Of a stretch of 64,000 bases of DNA, positions 22,056 through 33,339 are shown piece by piece. Made by a program: the position numbers and the translations under genes. Source of the DNA: an uncultured cyanobacterium (GTDB lineage: Bacteria; Cyanobacteriota; Cyanobacteriia; Cyanobacteriales; Nostocaceae); NCBI GenBank assembly GCA_963706595.1, contig OY970166.1, positions 896,001 through 960,000 on the forward strand. Reading direction: 5' to 3'. Each line of letters begins with the position of its first letter. Position 1 is the first letter of the stretch. The notes below the pieces were generated by a model, which was not told the origin of the DNA, ran no database searches, and saw nothing but the letters and a program-made list of their open reading frames with translations.

Positions 22056-25000
22056 TATCGATTAATATCATAATTTCTGTTCCCTGTCCTGGGATACTTT
22101 GGATAGTGAGGTTTGCACTAATGCGATCGCAACGTTCTTTCATACTGATCAATCCAAAACCCTGCACCATAGACAAACTATCCATCTCAAAACCCTGCCC
22201 ATTGTCTTTGACCCGCAGGATAAATTCAGTGGGTTGATACACTAACTCAATCTGAATCTCACTGGCTTGTGCATATTTAACTGCATTTGTCAATGCCTCT
22301 TGTCCAATACGCAGCAAGTTATTTTCTCTGTCTATGGATAACCGGTATACTTCCCCGATGACTGTGCAGATGATCTGCGTATCAATAGCAGACATTTGTG
22401 CTGCTAGACGGTTAAAAGCTTTACGTAGATTGCTAGTTTCTAATATTTGTGGACGCAGGGCGTTAACAGACCGCCTAGCCTCAGCCAGTCCTTCACGCGC
22501 CAAATCCCGTGCTTGATTGATATGCGCCTGAACATCTGCTGATTCATCCGTGATGATTCTGGAAGCCGCACCCAACTGGATAATTACACCTGTGAAGGCT
22601 TGAGCTAGAGTATCATGGATTTCTCTAGCCATACGGTTACGTTCTTCTAAAATCGCAGCTTGGCGACCTTGCTCGGCTAAGTTGGTTAACTGAATTGCTA
22701 AGGTGGCTTGCTGTGCCAACGCCATAATTAATTCCATATTTTCAGGTAAGCTAGTTCTGGCTTCCCGGAAGCAAAACCCGATAAATCCCAAGGGACGATC
22801 GCCCAAAATCAATGGTACACGCAAAATAGAACGATGCCCTTGATTTTGATGCCATTTCATCCGGGGGGATACCCTTTCATCCCAGTTATCCAAGTTAAAC
22901 AATACAGGTTCTCCTTGAAAAAGTGCTTTCTCCCAAAACGAAGCGATATCTCCGGGAATAGCTTTTTTAAATTGAGATAGTTCAGGAGTTGTTTTGATGG
23001 GAAGTACCTTTCCTTCTCGCACATATCGTTTCATTACTCGTGTATTTGATGACTGATCGTAGAGGAATAAAGCCGCAGCATAGGAATTAATTTGAGCCGA
23101 GGCTTCTAAAAGAATATGTTCCCAAAATGTTTCGCAGTCTGGTTGATCTGCCAGTCGATTCACACAGCCTCGTAATGATTCATTGGCTTTCGCCAGTTCC
23201 GCAACTCTTTTTTCGGCTATTCTGGCGCGTTCTGTAATTAGACACTCTACTAATTGTTTACGGTGTAATGCGGCTCCAATACTTTCAGCCGCAGCAGTGA
23301 GTACGTCTATTTCCTGTTGGTTCCACTGGCGAGGAGTGACACAATCATCAAAGCCGACACAACCGATGTAGCTTCCCTCAATAAATATGGGGACAACACC
23401 TGTAGATTTGATTTGCAGTTTATCAAATTGCTGTCGTGTAATTACAGGTAATTCATCTATGACCCGCCACATAGACTGACCTTGATAAAGTGGTTGAATC
23501 ATGACTTGGAAATTATCATTGTCCATAATAGACATCCCCACAGAATCATGGTCTGCGATTCCGGCTGCAACCCATTCATAGATGACGCAGTGCTTTAGAC
23601 GTTGAGTGGATGGATCTTGATGTTCTAAAATCAGGACAGCACGACTCATATTCACTAGTTTTCCCACAGTTTCCAGAGCCGTGGGAATTGCCACATCAAT
23701 ATCTTCAGTTTTCAACAAATCTTTGGTAATTTGGGCAACTACAGAAAGTAAGCTGTCTCTCTGTTGTAAAGATAGATTAGCTGTTGCTAGTTCTGCGACT
23801 CGTTTTTGTTCAGCTTGGAGTAAGGCTTGTTGAGCTGCAAGTAATTGGGTTTCCCTCTGGACAATTCCTTCGTTAGCTAAAATATTCGCCACGGCGATCG
23901 CCACTAAATCACTAATCCCTTTGAATAAGGAAATGTGTTGCTCACTATAAAAGTTACGCTGTTGGGAGTTGAATGATAACATCCCAATTTTTTTACCCCC
24001 GCAGTAGAGAGAACCGCCAATCATCTGCTGTAAACCTGCGTTTATGCCGATTTCAAACTGACCTCGACATGATTTGAGAAAATATTCTGCTTGTTCTGGT
24101 AATGAACAAATCACTGGTGATTCAGCATAGATCCATGCTTGGGGTTTATGCCCTAAAAATGGGAAAAAACCTAATAGTCCCGCTTGAGTAAGTTGGGTTT
24201 GAATGGCATCGGGTAGGACTTGATCATCTAAAATTTCATATATATGTTCACCAGTTTGATCCAAGACAAACAAACCTGCATTATCGTAGGGAAAAACAGG
24301 TTTAATTTGTTCATAGATGACTTTGAGTAATTGTTTGTGATTTTGGACTTTGGCGATCGCTTGGCTGATACTGAATAAAACTTCTTGTTGTGTTTTGCGT
24401 TCTAAAAGTTCTTGGTTGAGTTGGGTAAGCTGGGCATTCACCCTTGCTAATTCTGCTACTCTGGCTTGTTCAGCTTGCAGTAAGGCTTGTTCCCTACGTT
24501 TTCGCTGAATGGCACTACCAATACAAGTGGCTGCGGTTTTGAGTACATCCAGTTCCGCCAAATTGCGCCTCTTGGCTGCACGACAGTCATCAAAACCCAC
24601 TACTCCCCAATACTGATTTTCGACAAAAATCGGCACACCATATAATGCTTTTACACCAATTGCTGCTTGTCCACTGCGAAATGGTTCCGGCATTTCCTCC
24701 AGTAAATAGCTAATGCTGTCACCTTGGCGACAACGCTCATACCATGCTTCTATTCCCTCCCAAGTTCCTTGGGCTACATCAGGATCAGAGATTTGAGACA
24801 CAGTATCACAGGAAGTCCATTCGTATAAAAGTCTCCAGTGCGCCACTGTTGGATTAGATGGAAACTGAAAATTTTCAATCACTGTGACGCGATCGCAATC
24901 CAAACTTTCTCCCATAATTTGCAGTGCTGTATTAACTGCTGCATCAAAGTTGTCTATTGTCAATAATGCTGTGGTTGCTGCGGCTGTGGCTGACAACAGG

Positions 25001-25113
25001 CGAGCCGGAGGTGTTTGTTCCAGAACGGCTTTTTTTTGCTCAAGGGCGATGGCGATCGCCGTTTGCATCCCCATATTCTCTTGTTGTAGAGTGTTGATGT
25101 CTTCTTGCAGCAT
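22018..25113 (-). CDS. Multi-GAF sensor histidine kinase (HisKA_3)
   Basis: EERNRMAREIHDTLAQ, QEALTNAVKY, DNGQGF, GFGLISM; about four GAF-like blocks joined by repeated RVAELA helices. Confidence 0.92.
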   Translation of the reverse strand: MLQEDINTLQQENMGMQTAIAIALEQKKAVLEQTPPARLLSATAAATTALLTIDNFDAAVNTALQIMGESLDCDRVTVIENFQFPSNPTVAHWRLLYEWTSCDTVSQISDPDVAQGTWEGIEAWYERCRQGDSISYLLEEMPEPFRSGQAAIGVKALYGVPIFVENQYWGVVGFDDCRAAKRRNLAELDVLKTAATCIGSAIQRKRREQALLQAEQARVAELARVNAQLTQLNQELLERKTQQEVLFSISQAIAKVQNHKQLLKVIYEQIKPVFPYDNAGLFVLDQTGEHIYEILDDQVLPDAIQTQLTQAGLLGFFPFLGHKPQAWIYAESPVICSLPEQAEYFLKSCRGQFEIGINAGLQQMIGGSLYCGGKKIGMLSFNSQQRNFYSEQHISLFKGISDLVAIAVANILANEGIVQRETQLLAAQQALLQAEQKRVAELATANLSLQQRDSLLSVVAQITKDLLKTEDIDVAIPTALETVGKLVNMSRAVLILEHQDPSTQRLKHCVIYEWVAAGIADHDSVGMSIMDNDNFQVMIQPLYQGQSMWRVIDELPVITRQQFDKLQIKSTGVVPIFIEGSYIGCVGFDDCVTPRQWNQQEIDVLTAAAESIGAALHRKQLVECLITERARIAEKRVAELAKANESLRGCVNRLADQPDCETFWEHILLEASAQINSYAAALFLYDQSSNTRVMKRYVREGKVLPIKTTPELSQFKKAIPGDIASFWEKALFQGEPVLFNLDNWDERVSPRMKWHQNQGHRSILRVPLILGDRPLGFIGFCFREARTSLPENMELIMALAQQATLAIQLTNLAEQGRQAAILEERNRMAREIHDTLAQAFTGVIIQLGAASRIITDESADVQAHINQARDLAREGLAEARRSVNALRPQILETSNLRKAFNRLAAQMSAIDTQIICTVIGEVYRLSIDRENNLLRIGQEALTNAVKYAQASEIQIELVYQPTEFILRVKDNGQGFEMDSLSMVQGFGLISMKERCDRISANLTIQSIPGQGTEIMILIDNDAKNLDSHLNC

Positions 25114-25323
25114 AAGTCACTCGGTAAACAGTAGAATCTTTCCTTACTGTCACCTGAGATAGCTCGTTTTGACAACCAAATCAAAGATATCGTCCAAAGC
25201 AACCAGTAATTTGCTAAATTTTGCTAAATTAAAAACAGTTTGAGTTAAAAGCTAATTAACCCAATTCGGGAATTTTTTCCGAGTTGGCAACATTTACCAA
25301 ATTTAGGCTACTGCCGCAACGCC

Positions 25324-27576
25324 GTGATTAGTGGAATCTTAAAAAAACTTCGAGCTGCGTTTGCTAAAGACAAGACTTACCGCGATACCTCTCCCCACAA
25401 GCCCTGGTTACAAGTGATTTTGTTCACCAGCCTGGGAGTGACAGCTTTGGTATGGGGAGTTAGGGAATTGAAATGGTTACAGCCTTGGGAATTAAAAGCT
25501 TATGATCAAATGCTGCGATCGCGTCCTCTGGAACCACACGATCCCCGCATCTTATTAGTGGAAATTACTCAAGAAGATTTAGCACAAGAGCAATGGCCTT
25601 TATCAAATGAGACAGTCAATCAACTGTTGCTCAAACTAGAATCTCATCAACCCAGTGTTATTGGTCTCCATTTTAACCGACCAAATCAGGAAATTTTCAC
25701 GGACAATCTTAAAAATCACAAAAATATTATTAGCACTTGCTTATTTAGTAGCATAGACAGACTCGAAATTCCCCCACCACCGAATTTTCCTGAAGATAAT
25801 TTAGGCTTTAAAGACTTAATTACTGACTACGAATCAGACCAAATTATCCGCCGCAGTTTATTATTTGCCCATTCTCAAGACAGCAAATGTACAACTTCTT
25901 TCTCCTTTGCTGCTAGATTGGCGGTTAATTATCTAGAAAAATTGGGTTTTCCCATTGAGTTTCTTGATCAATATAATTTCTCTATCGGTGAAACTCGCTT
26001 TTCTACCCTCAAAGCCAATTCCGGTAGTTATAAAAAACTGGATGCAGCAGGTTACCAAATACTATTAAATTATCGCCATAATGATCGCATAGCGCCGAAA
26101 GTCACTCTGACACAAGTGCTTAATAATCAATTCGACCCGGATTTAGTCAAAGATAAGGTAGTAATTATCGGCACAACTGCGCCCAGTGTTAACCCTGGCT
26201 TAAATACACCTTATAATGCTGCACCAGATCAACCATCTAGAACCCCTACCGTCTTAATTCATGCACAAATAGCCAGTCAAATTCTCAGTACAGTGCTGGA
26301 TGGACGACCTCTGATTTGGTACTGGTCGGAAGGGGTGGAAATCCTCTGGCTGTGTAGCTGGTCAACCATAGGTACTATTGTCGGGTGGCGACTACGAAAT
26401 CCTTTGTTGTTGCTAGTGACGGGAGGTGCAAGTTTAGCTGGCTTGGTGGTAATCTGCATCTTCGTATTTTTCCAAGCTGGTTGGATACCTGTGATCCCCC
26501 CAGCGATCGCTTTAATTGTGAGCAGTGTGAGTACAATGATTTATACCACCTACAAAAATCAGCAGCAAACAAAGATTATACTGTTACAAATTGCACAACA
26601 ACAGTCAGCAATTGAACAGTTGAATATGCTTTTACAAGACACCACAACTACGGCAATTCATGACTTACATATTCACACCAAATCTACACCCATCATCCCA
26701 GAACACAGCACTGGTGATTTGCTTTTGGGTGGACGTTACCAAATTTCCAAAATTTTAGGATCTGGGGGATTTGGTCGGACTTACATAGCACAAGATACTC
26801 AGCGACCGGGTAATCCTGTTTGTGTCGTTAAACAATTAATGCCAGCACGCCAAGATTCAAAATTTTTGGAAGTTGCTAGAAGGTTATTTAATACTGAAGC
26901 GGAAATTTTAGAAATCTTGGGAAAACATCAGCAAATCCCCGAACTACTAGCTTATTTTGAAGATAATCAAGAATTTTATTTAATCCAAGAATACATTCCT
27001 GGGCATACCCTGAATGAGGAATTACCACCTGTGCAGGTTGTACAGAATGAAGCTTTTGTGATTGATATGCTCAAGGGTGTTTTAGAAGTCCTAATATTTA
27101 TGCATCAGCGTCGGATAATTCACCGAGATATCAAACCAACTAATATTATTAGATGTTCTGAAGATCATCGACTGGTGTTAATTGACTTTGGTGCAGTCAA
27201 GTTGATGCAACCCCCAAATAGCGAGGAAACAGAGTTAGCAACTGTCGCCATTGGGACAAGGGGCTATACTCCACCAGAGCAATTTGCAGGTCATCCCCGC
27301 TTGTGTAGTGATATTTACGCCTTGGGAATTATCGGTATTCAAGCTATGACTGGAATACCACCCCAAGAACTCAAGCCAGATTTAGATACAGGTAATATTC
27401 AGTGGCGACAAACAGCCCAAGTTAGTGACGAATTAGCAGCAATCTTAGATAAAATGGTACGTTATCATTTTAGCGATCGCTATCAAACCGCAGCCGAGGT
27501 TATGCAAGATTTAAATCACCTGACTAATTCCACATCTGTCACCTCTTATAAAGTTTCTTCAATCCTCAAATCCTAG
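25324..27576 (+). CDS. CHASE2-domain Ser/Thr kinase
   Basis: ELKAYDQMLR...DPRILLVEI CHASE2 region, three TM helices, kinase motifs GSGGFG and HRDIKP. Confidence 0.93.
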   Translation: MISGILKKLRAAFAKDKTYRDTSPHKPWLQVILFTSLGVTALVWGVRELKWLQPWELKAYDQMLRSRPLEPHDPRILLVEITQEDLAQEQWPLSNETVNQLLLKLESHQPSVIGLHFNRPNQEIFTDNLKNHKNIISTCLFSSIDRLEIPPPPNFPEDNLGFKDLITDYESDQIIRRSLLFAHSQDSKCTTSFSFAARLAVNYLEKLGFPIEFLDQYNFSIGETRFSTLKANSGSYKKLDAAGYQILLNYRHNDRIAPKVTLTQVLNNQFDPDLVKDKVVIIGTTAPSVNPGLNTPYNAAPDQPSRTPTVLIHAQIASQILSTVLDGRPLIWYWSEGVEILWLCSWSTIGTIVGWRLRNPLLLLVTGGASLAGLVVICIFVFFQAGWIPVIPPAIALIVSSVSTMIYTTYKNQQQTKIILLQIAQQQSAIEQLNMLLQDTTTTAIHDLHIHTKSTPIIPEHSTGDLLLGGRYQISKILGSGGFGRTYIAQDTQRPGNPVCVVKQLMPARQDSKFLEVARRLFNTEAEILEILGKHQQIPELLAYFEDNQEFYLIQEYIPGHTLNEELPPVQVVQNEAFVIDMLKGVLEVLIFMHQRRIIHRDIKPTNIIRCSEDHRLVLIDFGAVKLMQPPNSEETELATVAIGTRGYTPPEQFAGHPRLCSDIYALGIIGIQAMTGIPPQELKPDLDTGNIQWRQTAQVSDELAAILDKMVRYHFSDRYQTAAEVMQDLNHLTNSTSVTSYKVSSILKS

Positions 27577-27616
27577 AGGAATTTACACTATTTAAAACCG
27601 CAAATCCCAAATTTCT

Positions 27617-28645
27617 ATGACTGATGGTAAAGAAACTGCAATTGCAGGTATATATGAAGTATGTATTGGCGTTCCCGACCCAATTTTTGCAATTCAATAT
27701 TGGGAGCAATTTGGCTATCGCATCGGACAAGTGGGAGAATTACCCGCAGATGCAGCCTATCCATTATATGGGGTGAATTCTTCCTTACGTTCAATTCGCC
27801 TCTATCACCAAAATGCCGATCATGGTTTGATTAGGTTGATGGTTTGGCAAAAGCCCACAAATCAGGGATTAGGGTTAGCTTCAATGAAAGTGAAGGGAAA
27901 TCGCTGGGCGACAACTTTAACTGCTGATATTTTAACCATTTTAAATCATGCGGAGGATGCAAAAGCCGGACGTTGGGCGATTAAATATACCCATCCTCAC
28001 TGGGAAGTCATCTACAACAAAGAGCGAAAAAGCCGACCTTTTACAGACCCGTCGGTGGGAGTGCGAGAAATGCTCTTACTGCAACCCTTAACTAGACAAG
28101 TTTTATTTCAAAGGTTTGGTTATACATTGCCAGATTACGGTGAAATTAACCATAATGCTGCTTTCAAAACTAGCCAGTGTACCCATGCGGGCTTGATTGT
28201 GCAGGATGATAGTAAGCGAATCTTGAAATTTTATGAAGAAGTTTTAGGCTTGCTGCGTGTACGTGATGATGTGGAAACCAGCTATGAATCTTCACCAGCC
28301 GGGCGAGAAATGTTTGACCTCAAACCAGGTGAAAAGTTTATTGTCACAGCCTTTGATGACCCTCGTTCCTCCCAGACTGATTTAATGGCGGCGCGGAGTG
28401 GGAGACTTTACATCATTCGATTTCCAGAAGCGATGAATTTAGAATCCCGCTTTGAGTCATCGCAACCGGGCTGTTTAGGAATTTCACTTTATACATACCG
28501 GATACAGGGAATAGAAGAATATTGCGATCGCATCCAAGCCAGTTCAGTCCTGAAGTATACTAACATCATCGAAAATGAGTTTAGAGAGAAAAGTTTTTCC
28601 TTTGTCGCACCAGATGGCTATTTCTGGAATTTAGTAGAAGCTTGA
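27617..28645 (+). CDS. VOC/glyoxalase-fold protein
   Basis: Two glyoxalase-like halves (YWEQFGY, FYEEVLGL, FVAPDGYFWNLVE). Confidence 0.7.
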   Translation: MTDGKETAIAGIYEVCIGVPDPIFAIQYWEQFGYRIGQVGELPADAAYPLYGVNSSLRSIRLYHQNADHGLIRLMVWQKPTNQGLGLASMKVKGNRWATTLTADILTILNHAEDAKAGRWAIKYTHPHWEVIYNKERKSRPFTDPSVGVREMLLLQPLTRQVLFQRFGYTLPDYGEINHNAAFKTSQCTHAGLIVQDDSKRILKFYEEVLGLLRVRDDVETSYESSPAGREMFDLKPGEKFIVTAFDDPRSSQTDLMAARSGRLYIIRFPEAMNLESRFESSQPGCLGISLYTYRIQGIEEYCDRIQASSVLKYTNIIENEFREKSFSFVAPDGYFWNLVEA

Positions 28646-28665
28646 GAGTAGCATAAATTTTTGTC

Positions 28666-29640
28666 ATGAATGAAGTAACTGCTAATTATGATGAATCTTG
28701 GAAAGAAGCATTAACCGAATATTTTGAAAGCTTCTTGACATTCTTTTTTCCTGAAGTCCATCAATTAATTGATTGGACACAAACTCCTCAGTCCTTAGAT
28801 AAAGAACTACAGGAGATTACGGCTTCATCAGAAACAGAAAAACGGATTGCTGACCAACTTTATCAAGTTTGGTTACTTGACAAACGAGAAGTTTGGATAT
28901 TAATTCATGTGGAAATTCAAAGTCAATATGAAGTAGATTTTGGGCAACGGATGTACATTTATAATTATCGTTCCTTTGATCTGTATCACAAACCTGTAGT
29001 TAGTTTAGCTGTTTTAGGTGATGAAAGGAATAATTGGCGACCCAGTGCTTATGCTTATTCCCTTGGGGGGTGTGAAGTTAGTCTCAAATTCCCCATTGCT
29101 AAACTGCTTGACTATGAATCACGTTGGCAGGAATTAGAATCTAGTGACAATCCCTTTGCTATCATAGTAATGGCGCATTTAAAAACTAAAGCAACCACTG
29201 GGAATTTATCAGAACGGGAGCAATGGAAATGGACATTAATTCGCGGACTTTATGATCGAGGCTTAACAAAACCACAAATTGTTAAACTCTTTAAAATCAT
29301 TGACAAAATGATGAGTTTACCTGAGCAATTGCAGCAAAATTTATTAAACCAACTTAACAGCTTAGAGGAGGAAAGAAAAATGCCTTTTATCAGTCCTACA
29401 GAAGAAATGGCAATAGAACGAGGTAAAGAAATTGGCAAGGAAATAGGGGCTTTACAAAATGCTCGTGATAATGTCAAAACTGTTTTGCAAACTCGACTAG
29501 GTGAGGTTTCTTTAGAGATTATAGTATCTCTATCTCACATTTCTAATCTATCTATTTTGGATGAAATGTTGAAATTGGCAGTAACAGTTAATTCTTTAGA
29601 CGATTTTAAACAGGCTTTGGCATCGGTAATATCGAAATAA
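28666..29640 (+). CDS. Rpn/YhgA-like PD-(D/E)XK protein
   Basis: YDESWKEAL, ILIHVEIQSQ, RMYIYNY, ERGKEIGKEIG repeats. Confidence 0.8.
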   Translation: MNEVTANYDESWKEALTEYFESFLTFFFPEVHQLIDWTQTPQSLDKELQEITASSETEKRIADQLYQVWLLDKREVWILIHVEIQSQYEVDFGQRMYIYNYRSFDLYHKPVVSLAVLGDERNNWRPSAYAYSLGGCEVSLKFPIAKLLDYESRWQELESSDNPFAIIVMAHLKTKATTGNLSEREQWKWTLIRGLYDRGLTKPQIVKLFKIIDKMMSLPEQLQQNLLNQLNSLEEERKMPFISPTEEMAIERGKEIGKEIGALQNARDNVKTVLQTRLGEVSLEIIVSLSHISNLSILDEMLKLAVTVNSLDDFKQALASVISK

Positions 29641-29968
29641 TCCACAGCATTCTACAGCAAGTTTTAGGGATAGCCGCCTGCCGCTTGCTGTGACTGTTGT
29701 TACCGAGAGAATATGATTTTTTACGGTTTTCCTCCCTTGTCTGTCCCTCACGAGAATGTAAAATACTTCCCACCCTACAATTTTTGGGTAATTTATTTTT
29801 TGGTGTTCCCTAATAATACAAGCCCCCAGATTTATCAGTGGAATCAATCCAAAATCCAAAATCCAAAATCTAAAATCTAAAATCTAAAATTTTTCTCCTT
29901 CTCTCTCAGCCCGGAAAGCAGGTCGAGATTATGGAATATGTACCAGTAACCGACCAAAACATTTTGCT

Positions 29969-30511
29969 GTGCTAATGAGAAATTGGACTGCTACGATTAT
30001 CATAAGTTCTTCTTTGCTGATATCTGGATTCATAGCTTCTCAAGCCTTGTCTTCTTTAGCAAATCATAGCGTAGCGTCTTCTGGGTCAATCTCTCAATCA
30101 AGCTACACTAAACCGATTACCGCCAGTAAAGCTGAATTTGGAGTGCTGAGAGTTAATGCCAAAAATCAAGGCAAATTTACTCCTACCAACAGAGTACTGT
30201 TGTATCAGGGTGGTAAATACGGGTGGCGGATTCAACTGAAGAACTACAAAGGCAAAGTAACATGGAAAGAAATTCTGCGATTGCCGAAACCTCCAGAAAC
30301 CTGGGCTACAGATGATGGTCAAAGTTTGTCGTTATCAGCTAATGGCGTTGAAGCTGTAACAAACCGGACAGTATTCACGAATGATGGCAAAATTGAGAAT
30401 TTCTGGACAATGGTTCCCGGAGACCCTGGTGGTAAGCATCAAATCCAGGTTTACATTGATAACCGTCTCATTAGTTCCTTCGATTTTGAAGTGATTTCAC
30501 TGAGAAAGTAA
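29969..30511 (+). CDS. Secreted hypothetical protein
   Basis: N-terminal signal or TM segment followed by a beta-rich domain. Confidence 0.65.
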   Translation: MLMRNWTATIIISSSLLISGFIASQALSSLANHSVASSGSISQSSYTKPITASKAEFGVLRVNAKNQGKFTPTNRVLLYQGGKYGWRIQLKNYKGKVTWKEILRLPKPPETWATDDGQSLSLSANGVEAVTNRTVFTNDGKIENFWTMVPGDPGGKHQIQVYIDNRLISSFDFEVISLRK

Positions 30512-30579
30512 ACCTCCTCGACCCTCTTTTAATACCATTGCAGACTGTTCTAAAAATAGAGATTTCATTACCGAAACTC

Positions 30580-30948
30580 ATGGATGCTAACGAATTAATC
30601 CGACTGTATAACGCCGGCCAGAGATATTTTCCCGCCGTCAACCTCTGTAGAGTCAAGCTGATTGCCGCCTACTTGCCTGGAATCAATTTGTGGGGAGCAG
30701 ACTTGAGTGGAGCTAACCTAGCTAAAGCCAAACTTTGGGGAGCAGATTTAAGTCAAGCTAACCTAGCCAATGCGAACTTAACTAAAGCTAACTTGTCTGG
30801 CGTTAAACTGAATGAGGCCAATCTCCGAGGGGCGAAACTCAATTTAGCCAAGTTTTATGGTGCTGATTTGAGTGGGGCTTATTATGATGACAGCACCCGG
30901 TTTTCTCGAGGCTTTGACCCCAAAAGTCAAAATATGCAGAAATTTTAA
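30580..30948 (+). CDS. Pentapeptide repeat protein
   Basis: A(D/N)Lxx repeats. Confidence 0.9.
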   Translation: MDANELIRLYNAGQRYFPAVNLCRVKLIAAYLPGINLWGADLSGANLAKAKLWGADLSQANLANANLTKANLSGVKLNEANLRGAKLNLAKFYGADLSGAYYDDSTRFSRGFDPKSQNMQKF

Positions 30949-31016
30949 CAGTTAACAGTTATCAGTTACCAGTTATCAGTCAAGAGAGATAATTGGGTTT
31001 TAACTATACGCCGTGT

Positions 31017-31832
31017 TTACTGTTCCTCTGCTTCCGGAAGGGGGAAAATTTCGCCAGCTAAGTACGCTTGAAAGTGTTTTTGAAAGTACAGCCAAGAGGT
31101 CATGTCTTCACCATCTAATAAGGCCTTTGGGGCTTGCTTGTACAGGGGAACACGGGTATTAATTTCATTTTGAAGCAACTGGGGTAATTCTGTCAAACCA
31201 TTTACTTTACTTCCCGAAGCACTGTAAATCAGATAACCAGAGCTATTGCCCATTTTCATCCAGGGCAACCATTGACCTATTCTATCCCAACCGAGTCTAA
31301 GTTGAGACACAGAATCTAGTTCTGAGTTCAATAAATCTACTGTTGGTACAGCTAATTTAAATAGTTCCGTGGCTTGATAAATTGGATATGGGCTGTATGC
31401 AGCAAACTTGGGGTCTTCTGCCAGTAAATTAGGATATGTGGGAAAAATATCAAAAACAAAAGTTGTCGTATCTCCCTCAACTTGGGCGGGAAATTTGCCT
31501 TCAAACTGCCCCTGCACGGGATTATTAGCAACGTGGAGTACAGGTACTGTTTCACCTGTCCAGGGGTTCTCCCAGTACCGCAGAATCTCGCCTGTTTGTG
31601 GGTCTAGGTAGTAAGTCAGTTCCCTAGAAGTAAAATCCCAGCTACCCTCTGCTATGGGAATGCATCTACTGACACTGACTCCCAACATTTTAAACAGCAG
31701 TTTTCTTTTTTCACCAGGAATAAAACTGTAAATCTTACCTGTCCAGGTGAGGAATGTAGATTTCGTCGAGTCAAGGGAAGAACGAGTCTTTACCCATTGC
31801 TGGGCATCAAATTCTTGAACTTGGGCAACCAT
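31017..31832 (-). CDS. DUF1838-like protein
   Basis: SRELTYYLDPQTGEILRYWENPWTGETVPVLHVANNPV and WLPWMKMG; AAGGAG RBS before ATG 31832. Confidence 0.7.
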   Translation of the reverse strand: MVAQVQEFDAQQWVKTRSSLDSTKSTFLTWTGKIYSFIPGEKRKLLFKMLGVSVSRCIPIAEGSWDFTSRELTYYLDPQTGEILRYWENPWTGETVPVLHVANNPVQGQFEGKFPAQVEGDTTTFVFDIFPTYPNLLAEDPKFAAYSPYPIYQATELFKLAVPTVDLLNSELDSVSQLRLGWDRIGQWLPWMKMGNSSGYLIYSASGSKVNGLTELPQLLQNEINTRVPLYKQAPKALLDGEDMTSWLYFQKHFQAYLAGEIFPLPEAEEQ

Positions 31833-31847
31833 ATATTGTCTCCTTAT

Positions 31848-31925
31848 GAATGCGGATTTAATAAAATACATAACCTCACCCCCAACCCCTCTCCTTACTA
31901 AGGAGAGGGGAGACTTTGACGCAAC
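31848..31925 (+). repeat. Dispersed ~78 bp repeat (second copy at 62883-62959)
   Basis: GAATGCGGATTTA(A/G)TAAAATACATAACCTCACCCCCAACCCCTCTCCTTACTAAGGAGAGGGGAGA(C/T)TTTGACGCAA. Confidence 0.9.
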
Positions 31926-32011
31926 TTTTTAGGCGAGGTGAGGTCAAAAACCAGAATTTGGATGTTATTTAATTCATATTCCTTAGTCATTGGTCATTGG
32001 TGATTAGTTTA

Positions 32012-33196
32012 TTAAACTGACTCTGATAGCTTTCCATCAAGACGGCGAAACAAAAATATCCACAATGGTAGGGAACTATTAATAGCAATAAGTCGCACTA
32101 AATGACCAGTTGTGACAATTTCTACATTATGATTTAATGTTAGTGATACTAGGATCATTTCTGCCGCGCCTCCTGGTGCTGTGACTAACAAACAAGTTAA
32201 CCAGTCCCAAGAGGTTAATTGCATGGCCAGCATAGCAGCGATCGCACCAGCAAATAAGGTCATGGCTACAGACATAAAAGCATAACCTACAGCCCTTTTG
32301 CCAATATTGGGTTTATCTCCCCAATACTCACCAATGGTAATTCCCAGTAGCAGTTGACCTAATAATTTGATGAATGCTGGCGGAGTAAAATTTGCATCCC
32401 CGAAAACAGGTAGCAAGTGCAGCAAAGAATTAAAAGCTAGACCAACTACTAATGCACCAAAAAACTCGGCGGCTGGCATTTTACACAATCCAGCTAGAGA
32501 AACTACCAATGTGGTAATTACTAATGCTAAAGAGAGTAATCCCAGTTGGGATGGTTCAAAACCCAGTAATCTCACGGTGACAGGTAAGGTTTGGGGGCTG
32601 AGAACATGATCAACTGATGTCCGAGCAATTAAGGGAATCAGTAATACTACGGTAGTGACGCGAATTGCCTGAACTAAAGCCACAAGGGTGACATTTCTAT
32701 TGTAATCGGCGGCAATAGATGACATGACTCCCACACCGCCCGGAACCGTCGCCAGCATTGACGTTAATAAATTGGTTTGACTCCAGCGTGAGTACAAGTA
32801 GCCAATGCAGCCACCAGACAGCAGTAAAAATAAAGTCAGAAAAATAAATATAGGAATACCAGAAGCCAGACTGGTTAAATCGCTATTGCTACTTGATGCA
32901 CCGACCGTCAAGCCGACAAGTGCCATTCCCACCTTTCTCGCATTTCGATTAGGCTGGGGATAATATTGATATAAAATCCGACATCCCTGTAAAACTACTG
33001 CACCAGAGCCAAGTCCGCCAAAGATCCAAGCAATTCCGCCTACGTGTAATTTGACTAAAAGTAAACCCAAAGGTACTGCCAGCAGCAGTTCTAAGCTGAG
33101 GATGACTAGCTTCACATATAAATGTGGTTTGGTAACATTTTGTTTTTCATGAGTGGGTAACTCTTGGGTGGGAGTAACACTGAGGTTTTGATTCAT
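32012..33196 (-). CDS. AbrB-family membrane protein (putative ammonia monooxygenase domain)
   Basis: Two halves with TVPGGVGVM and TAPGGAAEM motifs; about 10 TM helices. Confidence 0.85.
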   Translation of the reverse strand: MNQNLSVTPTQELPTHEKQNVTKPHLYVKLVILSLELLLAVPLGLLLVKLHVGGIAWIFGGLGSGAVVLQGCRILYQYYPQPNRNARKVGMALVGLTVGASSSNSDLTSLASGIPIFIFLTLFLLLSGGCIGYLYSRWSQTNLLTSMLATVPGGVGVMSSIAADYNRNVTLVALVQAIRVTTVVLLIPLIARTSVDHVLSPQTLPVTVRLLGFEPSQLGLLSLALVITTLVVSLAGLCKMPAAEFFGALVVGLAFNSLLHLLPVFGDANFTPPAFIKLLGQLLLGITIGEYWGDKPNIGKRAVGYAFMSVAMTLFAGAIAAMLAMQLTSWDWLTCLLVTAPGGAAEMILVSLTLNHNVEIVTTGHLVRLIAINSSLPLWIFLFRRLDGKLSESV

Positions 33197-33339
33197 CGAA
33201 AAGGGCTGTTTAAATTAATTCACTATGCACTCAAACTAGCGTAATTGCCTAGAACGCACATCTGCTTGCCCGTTCTTTCACCCCCTAACTGTGGCACAAT
33301 AAGGAATTGTAATAAGAAAAATATTGTTAAGGTAATTTA

